From: Podospora anserina
Taxonomy: Eukaryota
Length of the DNA stretch: 64,000 nt
Reading direction: 5' to 3'
NCBI GenBank assembly: GCA_017654855.1
Contig: CM030338.1
Span: 2,852,001 to 2,916,000 of the forward strand
Positions 36,267 to 48,693 of the stretch are shown here, one piece after another. The position numbers were made by a program, and so were the translations under genes. Numbering within the stretch: position 1 is the first letter of the stretch; every line of letters starts with the position of its first letter. The notes under the pieces are model-generated. The model saw only the letters and a program-made list of their open reading frames with translations, was not told the origin of the DNA and searched no databases.

Positions 36267-36809
36267 ATGGACCGCATATCGTGAGTTTGCCCCCTGAATG
36301 CTGTCTATCGTTGCCAGTATCCTAACCTGACCATGCAGTCGCCATATCCGACGCGATGGTCCTCCTCCAGGCTATACCCAACCGCCGTTCCCGTCCCTGT
36401 TCTGGCCGCCCCAGGACTCCAAGGTCGCGCTCTACGAACTCGACGACATCTGGAAGTTTACGCTCTACTGGACCCTCATCCTCTATGGCCTGTTTCATCT
36501 GGGCGCCGTGGGTGTAGCCGTGTTGATGCAGATCGGCAAGAGGAGGTCTACCTGGAAATATCTCTGGATTGTGCCCCTGATCTATGCTTTTATCGCTGCG
36601 TGCGAAGCTGTCATAGCCGGCAGTGTTGTTGGGCTGATGTCGGTTTCCCTGCTATTGCTGGTCAGGGTGTATATGCTGATGTTTGCAGGGTCGGTGCTGG
36701 CTATCTTGCTGGAAACTTCACCATGTCGACCTGGGTTCCGTTTGTATGGGGCTGGGTCAACGTCTTGGTGCTGCTGGTCGCGTCCTTCAGAATACAGGGC
36801 GGTCTGTAA
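36267..36809 (+). CDS. Small ER membrane protein, TMEM170 family; exons 36267-36280, 36339-36638, 36689-36809
   Basis: Spliced product ...PPFPSLFWPP...IWKFTLYWTLILYGLFHLGA...GSVVGLMVGAGYLAGNFTMSTWVPFVWG...IQGGL*. Second intron has a GTCGGT donor. Confidence 0.75.
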
Positions 36810-37441
36810 CTGGCACCGAGACAATGGCTTTTGCGCTTCTTGGGCTTGAGCAGCACTCTTTGTCTGGGTTTGACAGAGTCAACAGTAAGCCCAGTCAACG
36901 GTCATGACAAACACAACGAGAGAGAGACCAGAAAAGCTTGCGCCTGTTTCAATGGATAGGTGCTTCAGTGCTCAGGACGTTGAAGTTGAGACAGCTCCAT
37001 TGATTTATGCAGCATGAGAGATCCCAGCTATTGCGTCATAACGGGGTTCCACCCCTGTATGGTGGGGGCGCTCTAACATGCCTGCCGGCGCCCCAAATCT
37101 TCAGTTGACAGGGCAGAGACGCGATCCGACACTCAGAAACTCAGAAGCTTGACAGACGACGATCCAGCCAAATCCTCAAAGACGAAGAGAAACAACAGCT
37201 AGTTCAACAATACTTGCGCTACAATACTAGCAATCACACCGGGGAATGGGTTAGGAGAAGAAAGCGCACAGCAAGGGCCTTTGTTTGCACGAGGCTTCCA
37301 AGCTGCCTTCTTCCGAGCCGCACCGCTTTCAGATGGAGAGAACATACCGAGCATGGGCGCCTGACAAGTAAGTCTATAATTGTCTGACATTCTCCAACCC
37401 GTTTCAACCACTTTGCCCACCTCGACCTCTGCATCAACGCC

Positions 37442-38362
37442 ATGGGGGAACCCAAGCGCGCAACCCTTCACACGACCGAGCTCAACGGCCAGGTGCCATC
37501 TCCGCGCAAGGCCACAGGCCGTAGTTCGACGACCTCTTCGACAAACTCACAAAGAAAGATCCATCCTGTCGAACGTGCCAAGACCACCGAGGAGGATCCC
37601 AAAGCTGACTCTGAAAATGACAGCGCTCTGGCCTACAACAACCCAGACCGTCTCTACTACCCTCGACAGCCCAAGTCCCTCGCCGGGATCGCCGTCCGCT
37701 CCTTTTGCCTCGGAATAGCCCTCACGATTGGCATCTCGAGCACGCTCTACATCCTCCTCTTCACCTCCTCCCCGCTCTGGCGCCTGCCCTTTTTTCTCGC
37801 TTCCCTCTCCACCTTTCACTTTCTCGAATTCTGGACCACGGCCGCGTACAACACCCGAGCAGCCGAGGTCTCGTCCTTTCTCCTCACGGCCAACTGGCCC
37901 GGCTACGCCATCGCCCACTGCTTTGCCACGCTCGAATGCCTCGTCACCAATGTGTTTTTTCCAAACGCACAGTGGGCGCCGTTTCACATTGGGAAACTTG
38001 TTTGTGTGGCTGGCTTTGCCTTGACAGTGATTGGACAGACGGTCCGCACGGTGGCCATGTGCCAGGCTGGACCTAGTTTCAACCACTTGGTTCAGCACCA
38101 GCGGAACGCGGGCCATGTGCTGGTGACGAGCGGGATATACGCGGCGTTCAGACACCCGAGCTACTTTGGGTTCTTTTGGTGGGCGCTGGGGACGCAGCTG
38201 ACGATGGGGAACGTGGTAAGTTTTGTTGGGTATGCGGCGGTGCTGTGGAAGTTTTTTAGCGGGAGGATCAAGGTGGAGGAGGAGGCGCTGGTGAGGTTTT
38301 TTGGGGAGGAGTATGTTGATTATAGGAGGAGGGTGGGGACCAAGATTCCTTTTGTTCCTTGA
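37442..38362 (+). CDS. STE14: Protein-S-isoprenylcysteine O-methyltransferase
   Basis: FHFLEF, LVTSGIYAAFRHPSYFGFFWW and EEEALVRFFGEEYVDY ICMT motifs. Confidence 0.93.
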   Translation: MGEPKRATLHTTELNGQVPSPRKATGRSSTTSSTNSQRKIHPVERAKTTEEDPKADSENDSALAYNNPDRLYYPRQPKSLAGIAVRSFCLGIALTIGISSTLYILLFTSSPLWRLPFFLASLSTFHFLEFWTTAAYNTRAAEVSSFLLTANWPGYAIAHCFATLECLVTNVFFPNAQWAPFHIGKLVCVAGFALTVIGQTVRTVAMCQAGPSFNHLVQHQRNAGHVLVTSGIYAAFRHPSYFGFFWWALGTQLTMGNVVSFVGYAAVLWKFFSGRIKVEEEALVRFFGEEYVDYRRRVGTKIPFVP

Positions 38363-38629
38363 GGTCGACAGGTTGGTTTGGTAGGGACTTGGAGTTGGGT
38401 TAGGTTTGGGTTATTTGGGGGATTGGGATTGGAAAATGGGGGAGAGGGGGTTGTATCATAGATTATGGTAGGGATAGGGATCAAGAGAATGATTTTTGAG
38501 ATCAAAGTGGTGGTTGTGTATTAAAACGTGTGAATTTTCTCATTTCCATCTACTTGTCATTATTGTCCGGCTATATACAACAGCAACTTATACGATCACT
38601 CCCCTATATATAACGGGGAAAAAAAGAAA

Positions 38630-40342
38630 TCAGTGAGGAGCGGGACAAACAGCTTGGACGCTCTGGTGCTGCTGCTGCCTGCTCACGCTCCCGTACTTGG
38701 CCTGCCAAGCATAAAAGTACATGAGCGCTGCGAACGGCTGTCCGAATATCGTGAAAGAGACCCAAAAGATGGTGTTGCCCAGCAGCTTCCCGCTCGACGA
38801 CTTTCTTTTCTCCAGCGGTTGGGTTATTTGGATGAGGGGTAGCTGTAAGAACATGCCCAGAAAGGCGACACCTACTATCCGTTAGCATCACGACCTTTGA
38901 TGGGAGGAAGGGGGGATGGGGGGAAAATACCGATGAGATTGTGAGTAGGTACACCAACCAGCAACTCATGCAAAACCGCACTCAGGAAAAAAACCGCAAA
39001 GCTCGCAGTCTTGTGCGTGTACCCCCTCGAGCGCATAGGGGAATAGACGTGACGCCGGAAAAACTGATACACTGGCTTGTTCCACGTCCGCCAGTACATC
39101 CCCAACCCCTCACTATTCCACCACGCTTCGTAAAAACTCCTATCCCCAAACCTTGTGATTTCCGCCAGGGCGTTGAGGAAGGATTGGAATAACGCAAAAA
39201 ATCCGGCTAGCCAGATGACGAGGGAGATGGTGCTCAGTTTGAGGAGGCGTTCGATTATACTGAAATAATCCAACGAGGCGATTTTATCGAGCGAGTTGAT
39301 CAACACCGGGGTGGCATACTGCGCGGAGCAGAACCATATAAACACCGAGAGGCAGACAACCTCGCCGAGCCGTTTGGCCACAAACACCCAGCGGATTTTG
39401 GAGGTGCGGGGGTAGACGGGTTGGTAGATTAAGGTTGGTGCCCACCAAAAGTAGACTAGATTCGTAAAGGTGATGTTGTTGGGGTAGGGGCACTCCCTAT
39501 ATAATTCCGGGAGGGCGTCGAGTTCACCAGTGACGGGGTGGAGGTAGGCGTGGCGGAGGTCGCGGTTGGTGAATGCGTAGCTGGCGGTTTTGAGCCAGAC
39601 GATGATGGCGTGGACTTCGGAGAGGGTGCCGATGAGGGGGTGGTGGACGTGGTACCAGACTACGTAGGTCGTCAAAACAAGGCAGGTGGTGATGTTGAGG
39701 GCGTGGAAGACCCAGATGAGGGTCCAGGTGGATTGGAACTTGGAGAGCTGGGCTTCGGTGGGACTGGAGGTTCCTGAGGGGGAGGGTTTGGGTTTTGGGA
39801 ATAGGGAGCTGCGGGCTGAGTGGGCGGCTACGAGCTCAATGAAGTAGGCGAGGAAGAGGTGGCAGGGGATGAGGAAGTAGAGGAAGATGCCGATTTGGAG
39901 GTCGGTGGGGCGGAAGTCGTGGCAGTTGAGGCAGATGAGGACGCCATACTGGGGTTTTATGTCAGTGAATGTAGGGGAATCGTTGGTGAAAACCAAGGCA
40001 GCCGGCTACCTTTTGAATGTTTTCAATGACAAGACGGAGGTTGCCAACTACCAGGACAATCACCATGAGGTTGCGAAACCCCAAAAAGCTGGGTGTCTCG
40101 GTTGTGTCATGGCTAAGACATGAGGGTTGCGACTCAGAATGAATAGCTTCGACATGGCGGTACTTGCTGCTGCGATATGATCGTTTCGGTTTCTCTGGTG
40201 TTGAAATTGTTGTTTCCGTGTTGGAATTGCCATTCAATTGGTCCGTCTTTTTCACAACTCCCCCATCCTCCCCTCCTGTTCTGCGAGTGACGCCATTCGC
40301 GGGGTCATCAAGGCGAGTGCCCGTCGCTGTAGCCGTGTTCAT
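38630..40342 (-). CDS. MBOAT acyltransferase, DGAT1-type / sterol O-acyltransferase; exons 40342-40010, 39948-38931, 38871-38630 (upstream in-frame ATG possible)
   Basis: PSCLSHD...GFRNL, YPNNIT, APTLIYQPVYPR, FYEAWWN, WNKPV, catalytic SAVLHELLVGVP, GNTIFW. Two canonical introns. Confidence 0.9.
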
Positions 40343-41446
40343 CTTGGAATCATTGGTAGGCGATAATGACGCCTGAGACATGAGATTGAACAAACAAAAA
40401 TAAAAATGGAAAATGGTGTGGGTGAAATAAACAAAAGTAGCGAACGTTATAATGTTGAAAGAAGGTGGTGGCGATATAACAAATCAAATCGTTTTTTGGC
40501 TGGTCAGGGTCCAAGAAACGGTGCGCCACTGGGCTGGTTATATTTGGCAGAGATGCCGATGGAACTAATTCCTCGGTATGGCACGGAAGGGCCGAGGAAG
40601 GAGAAGAGAATTGGAAGCGAATGAATGGGTCAGAAGCAGGCCGCGAGGACGTGATATCGATGCTTGATGTATGTAATAAGGGGCCAAAGGGGCAGGGCGG
40701 GCAGGGCAGGGCAGGGAAGGGAGCAAAGCTAAGGTAGCTAGGCCCGCAGCAGAACACCGTTGGCTGCTGCAACCGGGAGCCTCAAAGTGTCCGTTTATAC
40801 GAGAGAAGCAGTGATGGTGAAGATAGATAACAAGCAACTGGTGGTTGTTTAAAAGTCACAAGTTCTTATCTTGCTGGAGGGTACACCAAGAGCACGAGAC
40901 ATTGTGAGCCAAGCTCTTACAGGCAGTTCAATATCGAAAGCAGCGTCGACATTGGACGAAGAACGTGAAAAGCTGCAGGCCTGCTTTCAGGTTTGCACAT
41001 GCAATTCCTGCAGTCGTCACAACGGTGGGGCATATCATGGCAGGGGTGGTGCTGTCTTGGCGCATGCCAGCCTGCTCCACCAGGGCAAGGAGGTGCACCG
41101 TGTCTATATTACCACCACACTGTGGCATCCACACTTGCTTCGTGCACGGTCCACATGTTAATTGCTTCGCGCCCACCATGGGACGCGACAAAGCCAGAAG
41201 CTTCAGAGAGCTGTTACTTTATAGACAATTCACAAATTGCACCCAAAAACACTAGCTCGACTTGTTGCTTGTCCCAACGTCGTCACTACACCCAATCCCA
41301 TGAGATTAGCCATCATAGTATAAATCTCGACAGAAATCTTACCCAGCTTATCACCAAGGTCTTGTACAGGTCGATACAGGTACTGGTCTCATTCATTGCC
41401 GAGTCTCATCGAATTCGATCCCGGCCATATTGATATTGCCATTGCC

Positions 41447-43554
41447 ATGGCATACGAGGGCAGAGACCATGGCGAGAAGGGCTTCGGCGGGGGCGGCCAC
41501 GATGGTCCTATGCCGCCGAGAGCTCGAGGTCGACGTAAGTTATCGCCTTATTGCTGCGACTCTAAGTTCTGTTTGCGACTTCCCCCACCCCTGATACATC
41601 CTGATACATCGACAACATTGATCACCAAGATGACTCGCAAAAAACAGAAACAGAAACGGGCCAAAAAGCTAACAGAACCTCCCCCTCCCCCCCCCAGGTC
41701 CTGTAACCGACTATGGTGCCACCATTGTCCACTGGATGAGAAACCGCCGGCCGGGATACCAGGGTTCCTACCGTGGTGAGGTTGAGAGACCGAGTGCTAG
41801 CTATATTGTCGATGTAAGTACTTCCACTCTTGTTTCCGGTGCAATAATCAATGCTAATTCCTCGACAGATGCTTCCACCCATTGCCAGAAGATCGAATCC
41901 AGCTGACACGGTGCCAACCAAGCACCTTCACTCCTCCCTCAACAAGATCAAACATCCCGTCAACGTGGTGAGATGGACGCCAGAAGGCAGAAGACTTTTG
42001 ACGGCCTCTAGCAGTGGCGAGTTCACGCTTTGGAATGGCACAGGTTTCAACTTCGAAACCATCATGCAGGCTCACGACTCTGCTATCCGCGCCTTAGCCT
42101 ACTCCCATAGCGACGATTGGCTTGTGTCTGCTGATCACGACGGCATGATCAAATATTGGCAACCCAATTTCAACAACTTGGAGAGTTTCCGCGCTCATCA
42201 AGATCCTGTTCGAGATCTTGCCTTTAGCCCGAACGACACCAAGTTTGTGACCGCCTCGGACGACTCTACTCTCAAGATTTTCGACTTTGCTGCTGCCGCT
42301 TCTGAACAGACACTGACGGGTCATGGATGGGATGCAAAGAGTTGCGACTGGCATCCCACAAAGGGACTGATTGTGTCGGGATCAAAGGACCATCTCGTCA
42401 AGCTCTGGGATCCAAGAACAGGTCGCTGCCTGACCACACTCCATGGCCACAAGAACACCATCACAAAGACTTCCTTTGAGAAGGTACGAGGCCAATGCCT
42501 CGCCACGTCTGCCCGAGACCAAACTGCTCGTGTGTTCGACCTGCGCATGATGAGAGATATTGTCCTCCTCCGCGGTCACGAGAAGGATATCTCCACCCTG
42601 ACATGGCATCCCATCCACCCAAATCTTCTCAGCACTGGCGGCGCCGAAGGTTCGCTCTTTCACTACTTGCTCGACGAGCCCAACACCCCTCCGGGCCACG
42701 CGCCCTCCATTGCTGTATACGACAGCCCCGATCCTCAGTCATGCCCTGCCCAGACTATTTACCCTGCCCACAAGATACCCTATGCTCACGACTTTGCTAT
42801 CTGGTCGCTCGACTGGCATCCGCTTGGCCACATTCTAGCATCGGGTTCCAACGACCGTATCACCCGTTTTTGGACCCGCTCTCGACCGGGCGAAACTGAA
42901 TTCAACGATCGCTACCACATTGGCGAAGCCGCCGCTGAGGCCCAAGGCACATGGGATCGCCGTGGGAACCGTCATATGCGTCAAGTCGAAGAAGAACAAG
43001 AAATGGAGGATGAGATGGACGGCCTTGTCGACCAAAAGATGCCCATCAAGCCACCTGGCATTCCTGGGTTTGGCAACATTCCAGGCCTGCCCATGCAAGG
43101 AGTTTCAGCTCTGCCCGGCCTAGGTCCTCCACCGCCGCCTGGTCTTGCCGGAAGAGGTGCCGGTGTTCCACCCAACTTACCCTTCCCGTTACCAGGACTC
43201 CCACCGCCTCCGCTCCCCGGAATCGATCCCAAGAATCCTCCCGATTTCGCTGCCATTGCCGAGATGATGAAGAAGGCTGGTATTCCACCGCCACCACCTC
43301 CCGGCTCGGGTGGTATCCCGCCTCCCCCGCCAGGGATGCTTCCGCCTGGCCTCATTCCGCCTCCAGGGTTTCCTCTGCCACCTGGTTTCCCTCCTCCGCC
43401 GCCCCATCTGGCTGCTCAAGCTGCGGCCCAGAATTTTGGTGACGGCGGTCATGGGGATCATGAGGCGGGCGGCCGAAGACGAGCACCGCTTCCTAGTCAG
43501 GAGGAGAGTCTGCGGATGGAACAGAACCGGGGGCATTATACCAGAGCGAGATAG
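41447..43554 (+). CDS. PFS2: Polyadenylation factor subunit 2 (WDR33); exons 41447-41534, 41698-41813, 41869-43554
   Basis: [45 protein letters not shown], seven-WD region, Pro-rich C-terminus. Confidence 0.93.
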
Positions 43555-44101
43555 GAAAGGGGCTGGGTGGGGAGGAAGGACAAAAGACCAGTGGGGATTC
43601 GTATTTGTATCATAATGTTTAAACCAAGCGAATTGATCACATATGCACTCTACAACTTGAGTGTGTCCATGAGAGTCGGGCATTGGGTTCCATCGAGTGC
43701 TACATTATTAGACAGGGTGTACCTCTTATGCTTTGTGGTCGAGAGATTGTTCTGCCGAGAGTGCGCACATGATTGCTTTACTGACCTTGTATGAAGTGAT
43801 GTCTCAAGGCAGGGCTAGCTTCAGCCACATAGAATGAGAGTTTGACTGTGTCAAGGTTGAGTTTCCTCACCCAGCCACAACCCACTCTTTCACCCAGGTG
43901 CCTGACTGGAAGTCTAAACCCGAGATAAAGTTTCTTACGGATAGCATGTTACAAACCCTGAAAGATGGAAGGGGCACCACGTCAAATCTTTCGGCTCATC
44001 GCCACTCTCTTTTATTTAAACATCTTCCTTCCATCGACAGCGATCCATCTCAGCAACAGATGCGACCTCGTTCCAATCCGTCGTGTCAACTTCCCACCAA
44101 C

Positions 44102-44854
44102 ATGGAAGACTTCCAAACCTCCGATCTCGATGACATCCCCAAGCTCACAACACGATGCAACGATCACGTCAACGAAGCTTGCCGCCTAGCCGGAACACCA
44201 GGCGAGCCACCAGGACCATTTTGGTATCTCCGTTTCAGGTACTGGGTTCAGTTTGCCCATGTGGCTCTTCTACGACTTAAGGAGAAAGAGGAGAGAATCC
44301 AGAGCTTGGAGAAAGAGTCGATTTACTCGCAAGCCAGGGCCGAATTATTGGAAGCCGAGCTTCAGAGGTCATATACCACGTTAACCTCGCTCTCCCAGGC
44401 TCTCGCCAACGTTACTTCCTCCGCATCGGAAAATGACAGTTCCTCCTCCACCTCCCTGGACAAGAACACCACGGCTGATACGCAGCAATCCACAATCCCC
44501 AATCTTGAAGTCCGTGTGGAAGAACTGGAGGCCTTGGTCACGACTCTTGCTGCCTCCGACCCTTTCGCCACCCCAACTTCCACCGTGCCAACCACACCAA
44601 TCATGACACCGACAACCACGGCAACCAATTCAACTGTGGGTGCGGCAGTAGATGTGGTCCGGTGTCTAACCTGCTCGAAAGACTTTTCCCACTTGAGAGA
44701 CTATCAAAACCACACGTGTGCGGCGGTATGTAATGATATAGCCCAGTGTCTAACCTGCTGGAAAATCTTTTACCCCTTTGGAGGCCACCTCCGTTGGCAC
44801 GAGCGGGTGAGCCGCTATGTCTGTGGGCGATCCCTGGGTACAGGGCGTGACTGA
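44102..44854 (+). CDS. Orphan coiled-coil protein with two C-terminal C2HC/C2H2-like zinc fingers
   Basis: ATG 44102 (CACCAACATGG) downstream of TATTTAAA near 44013. Motifs CLTCSKDF..L..H.C and CLTCWKIF...HL..H. Confidence 0.6.
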   Translation: MEDFQTSDLDDIPKLTTRCNDHVNEACRLAGTPGEPPGPFWYLRFRYWVQFAHVALLRLKEKEERIQSLEKESIYSQARAELLEAELQRSYTTLTSLSQALANVTSSASENDSSSSTSLDKNTTADTQQSTIPNLEVRVEELEALVTTLAASDPFATPTSTVPTTPIMTPTTTATNSTVGAAVDVVRCLTCSKDFSHLRDYQNHTCAAVCNDIAQCLTCWKIFYPFGGHLRWHERVSRYVCGRSLGTGRD

Positions 44855-47432
44855 TCCCTCTGAGGTTGAGTTGGCTGTGGGTGCTAGGAGATATAAACCT
44901 TTTTCCTGGGATTGGGGGGAGTATGAAGAGGTTAGGGATGTCGTGGGAGACACCGGGGGGGCCGGGTATTGTTGATAGATCTGAACGGGATATCTTTGTG
45001 GCGTCTTGGTTTTGGTAATTAGGGGGGACATCAACGGGGATATAGGCCGGTGAGAATGGGAGGATTGTTGGGTGATGATAACAGTGCTGTAACGGAAAGG
45101 ACTATACCTTACTATCATACGTACCACTTTTAGGGAGTTCTTCTGTACATGGATATTATTTACAATCTAAACAAACCCAAATCCACCCTCTTTTTCACAA
45201 GTCAAACTTCTACACCATCCATACATCCATCTATTCAACCATCATGACAAGTCCCTTTCCAGCAAACACACCCTCTTCCGTCCCAGCTTACACCAACAAG
45301 CTTGCCTACTTTTACACAATATATACCTCCTTCCCTTTCCCTCCCCCAGCGAAAGTAGCCAAGGTTTCCTTCAACCAATCAACAAAGAATTTCCGTATAC
45401 GACGAACATCCAAGGAGGGAAACCCCCGCCTCTCCGTCAGAATCCCGCCCTCTCGCGTCCTTCGGGTTAGTGGTTGAGGAAAAAAGGAGACTGATTTCTG
45501 TTCCAGTTAGGTACAGAAAGGGTACAACATCTTCGCTTTACATTTTTATTTTCTTCTTCTCAATCTTTGTTGCTTTGGTCTTCAACAATGATACATTCAT
45601 TCACACTGGCTTAGGTATCTTTCACATTTTTTCTTCCTCACATAAAACACACAAATCATACCTCCAGCTAGGGAGATTCGGGGGTTTTTTTTTTCTTTTT
45701 TTCGATATTTAACTGATAAGTTTTACCTAAGGTGTGCGCTTCGCGCTTGGAGTGGGGACATGAGATGAGTAGTTGTGATGGCAGAAAATAGATTCTACTT
45801 TGTCAGATCGAGCAAGATGAATTGTAGTTAGGTAGGTAGGTAGGTAGTCTTGATGATGCCCACAGCGTGCTGGGGCACTCCAAAGCAGGACTCAAATCGT
45901 CAATATCTAGCCTCCGTCTCGACTCCGCTCAAAGAGTCATCCATCCGATCTCGTGTTTTATGTGGTTTGTCGTTCGCCACCCGGCCGGCCCGGCTCGGAC
46001 ACATCTTACCGGAGTCCTTCCCACAAGCATTTACATAACACCAGCCGGTGCTGCCCCGTCGAGTTAATAACATGTCCTTGTTAGCTGGCCTTCAAGACTC
46101 TACCTGAAGCCATCAGCAATAGGGATGGAACTTACTTAGCACGGGACACATGCACTCTCCTTAGCCTTAGACACTCAATCACATCAGCCCCAACCCAAAG
46201 TAATAGCAGACAGTATAAGTTGACATAAACTATACCACACACACACACACCCTTACTACGAAAAAACAACAACGGCCCCCTGCCTTCCTTCTCATACGCC
46301 CGGCTTTAAACCCCTAACCCTCCATAAACAGACAAGACAACAACAAAAAAAGAACATAACACAAACAGAAACCAACAACCACCCCCACCTCTCATCCCCC
46401 CCCATTACCCCCTTATACCTCGCCTCCAAACTATCATACACACACTTCTTCACTTCTTTACACCTCCCATTCCCCATCCCCATTTTCCCACGCCTATCAA
46501 GCCTTGGAACTCCTAAGAGAGTCATATTACAACATCCAACCCCTCGTCCCGCTCATTTCCCTCTCTGGTTTGTTGTGTCCCTCCAACCCCAACATGGAGT
46601 CATGATCAAGGTCACAAGGATCAATGCAGGCTGCAGGAATAAAGTGACAAGAAAAAGTTTTGCTTGTGCTGAAATTGTACAGGCGCCATACAGCATTCCC
46701 ACCCCATTTTCCTACCACAACCCCCCCAACAACCTTTTCTCGTCATGTGGAAAAAACCGAACGGGTGTTTTGTGTGTGTGTGCGACTGACTGGATCTGAA
46801 AACTGGCGGGCTACCAACAAAAGTAGACTAATAAAAAGGTGAACGAACAACGACAACCCCTGGGTAGAGAAAAAAAAATGATAGATTCGGCAGCATCGGG
46901 CAGCCAAGCCCAGAGACAAGGAGAATAGAGAAGGAAGAGAAACCAAAAAGCAGTTCCCCCCTCCCCTGACGTTGTTCACTGCGATAAAAGAACAGAAGAG
47001 AGAAGAAGACAACAACTTGATAATTCCCCAACCCCTCCCTTCCCTTTCCCTGAACCTAACATGAATGGAGACCCGCTTATCTATACCTTTCCCATCATTA
47101 TGAGGCGTGACAATGAAAGTCGTTATTCGTCCCCCTCCCAAAAAGTTTTGCAGTTGCCCCTTTCTGAACCCATTTTACACAGAGATTAATGTTTTTTTTC
47201 TGTTCGCTCGGTAGTCGATGGACGATGGTGGCGATGGGGAGTGGGCAGCCTAATGTGTGAAAGCCGTGGCCCGATATAAGATGCGGAGGAAGCGGTCGAA
47301 AGAAACGGTGAGAGAGACGAGGCTGGGTGCCTGGGTGGTGGGCAAAGACTCGTGAAGAGGACGGTGGTGGAAAAAGCCGACGAGGGGAAGTGACTTTGGT
47401 TGTTCGTGATTTGGCGATGCGGTAGGGGAAAT

Positions 47433-48693
<1,261 letters not shown>

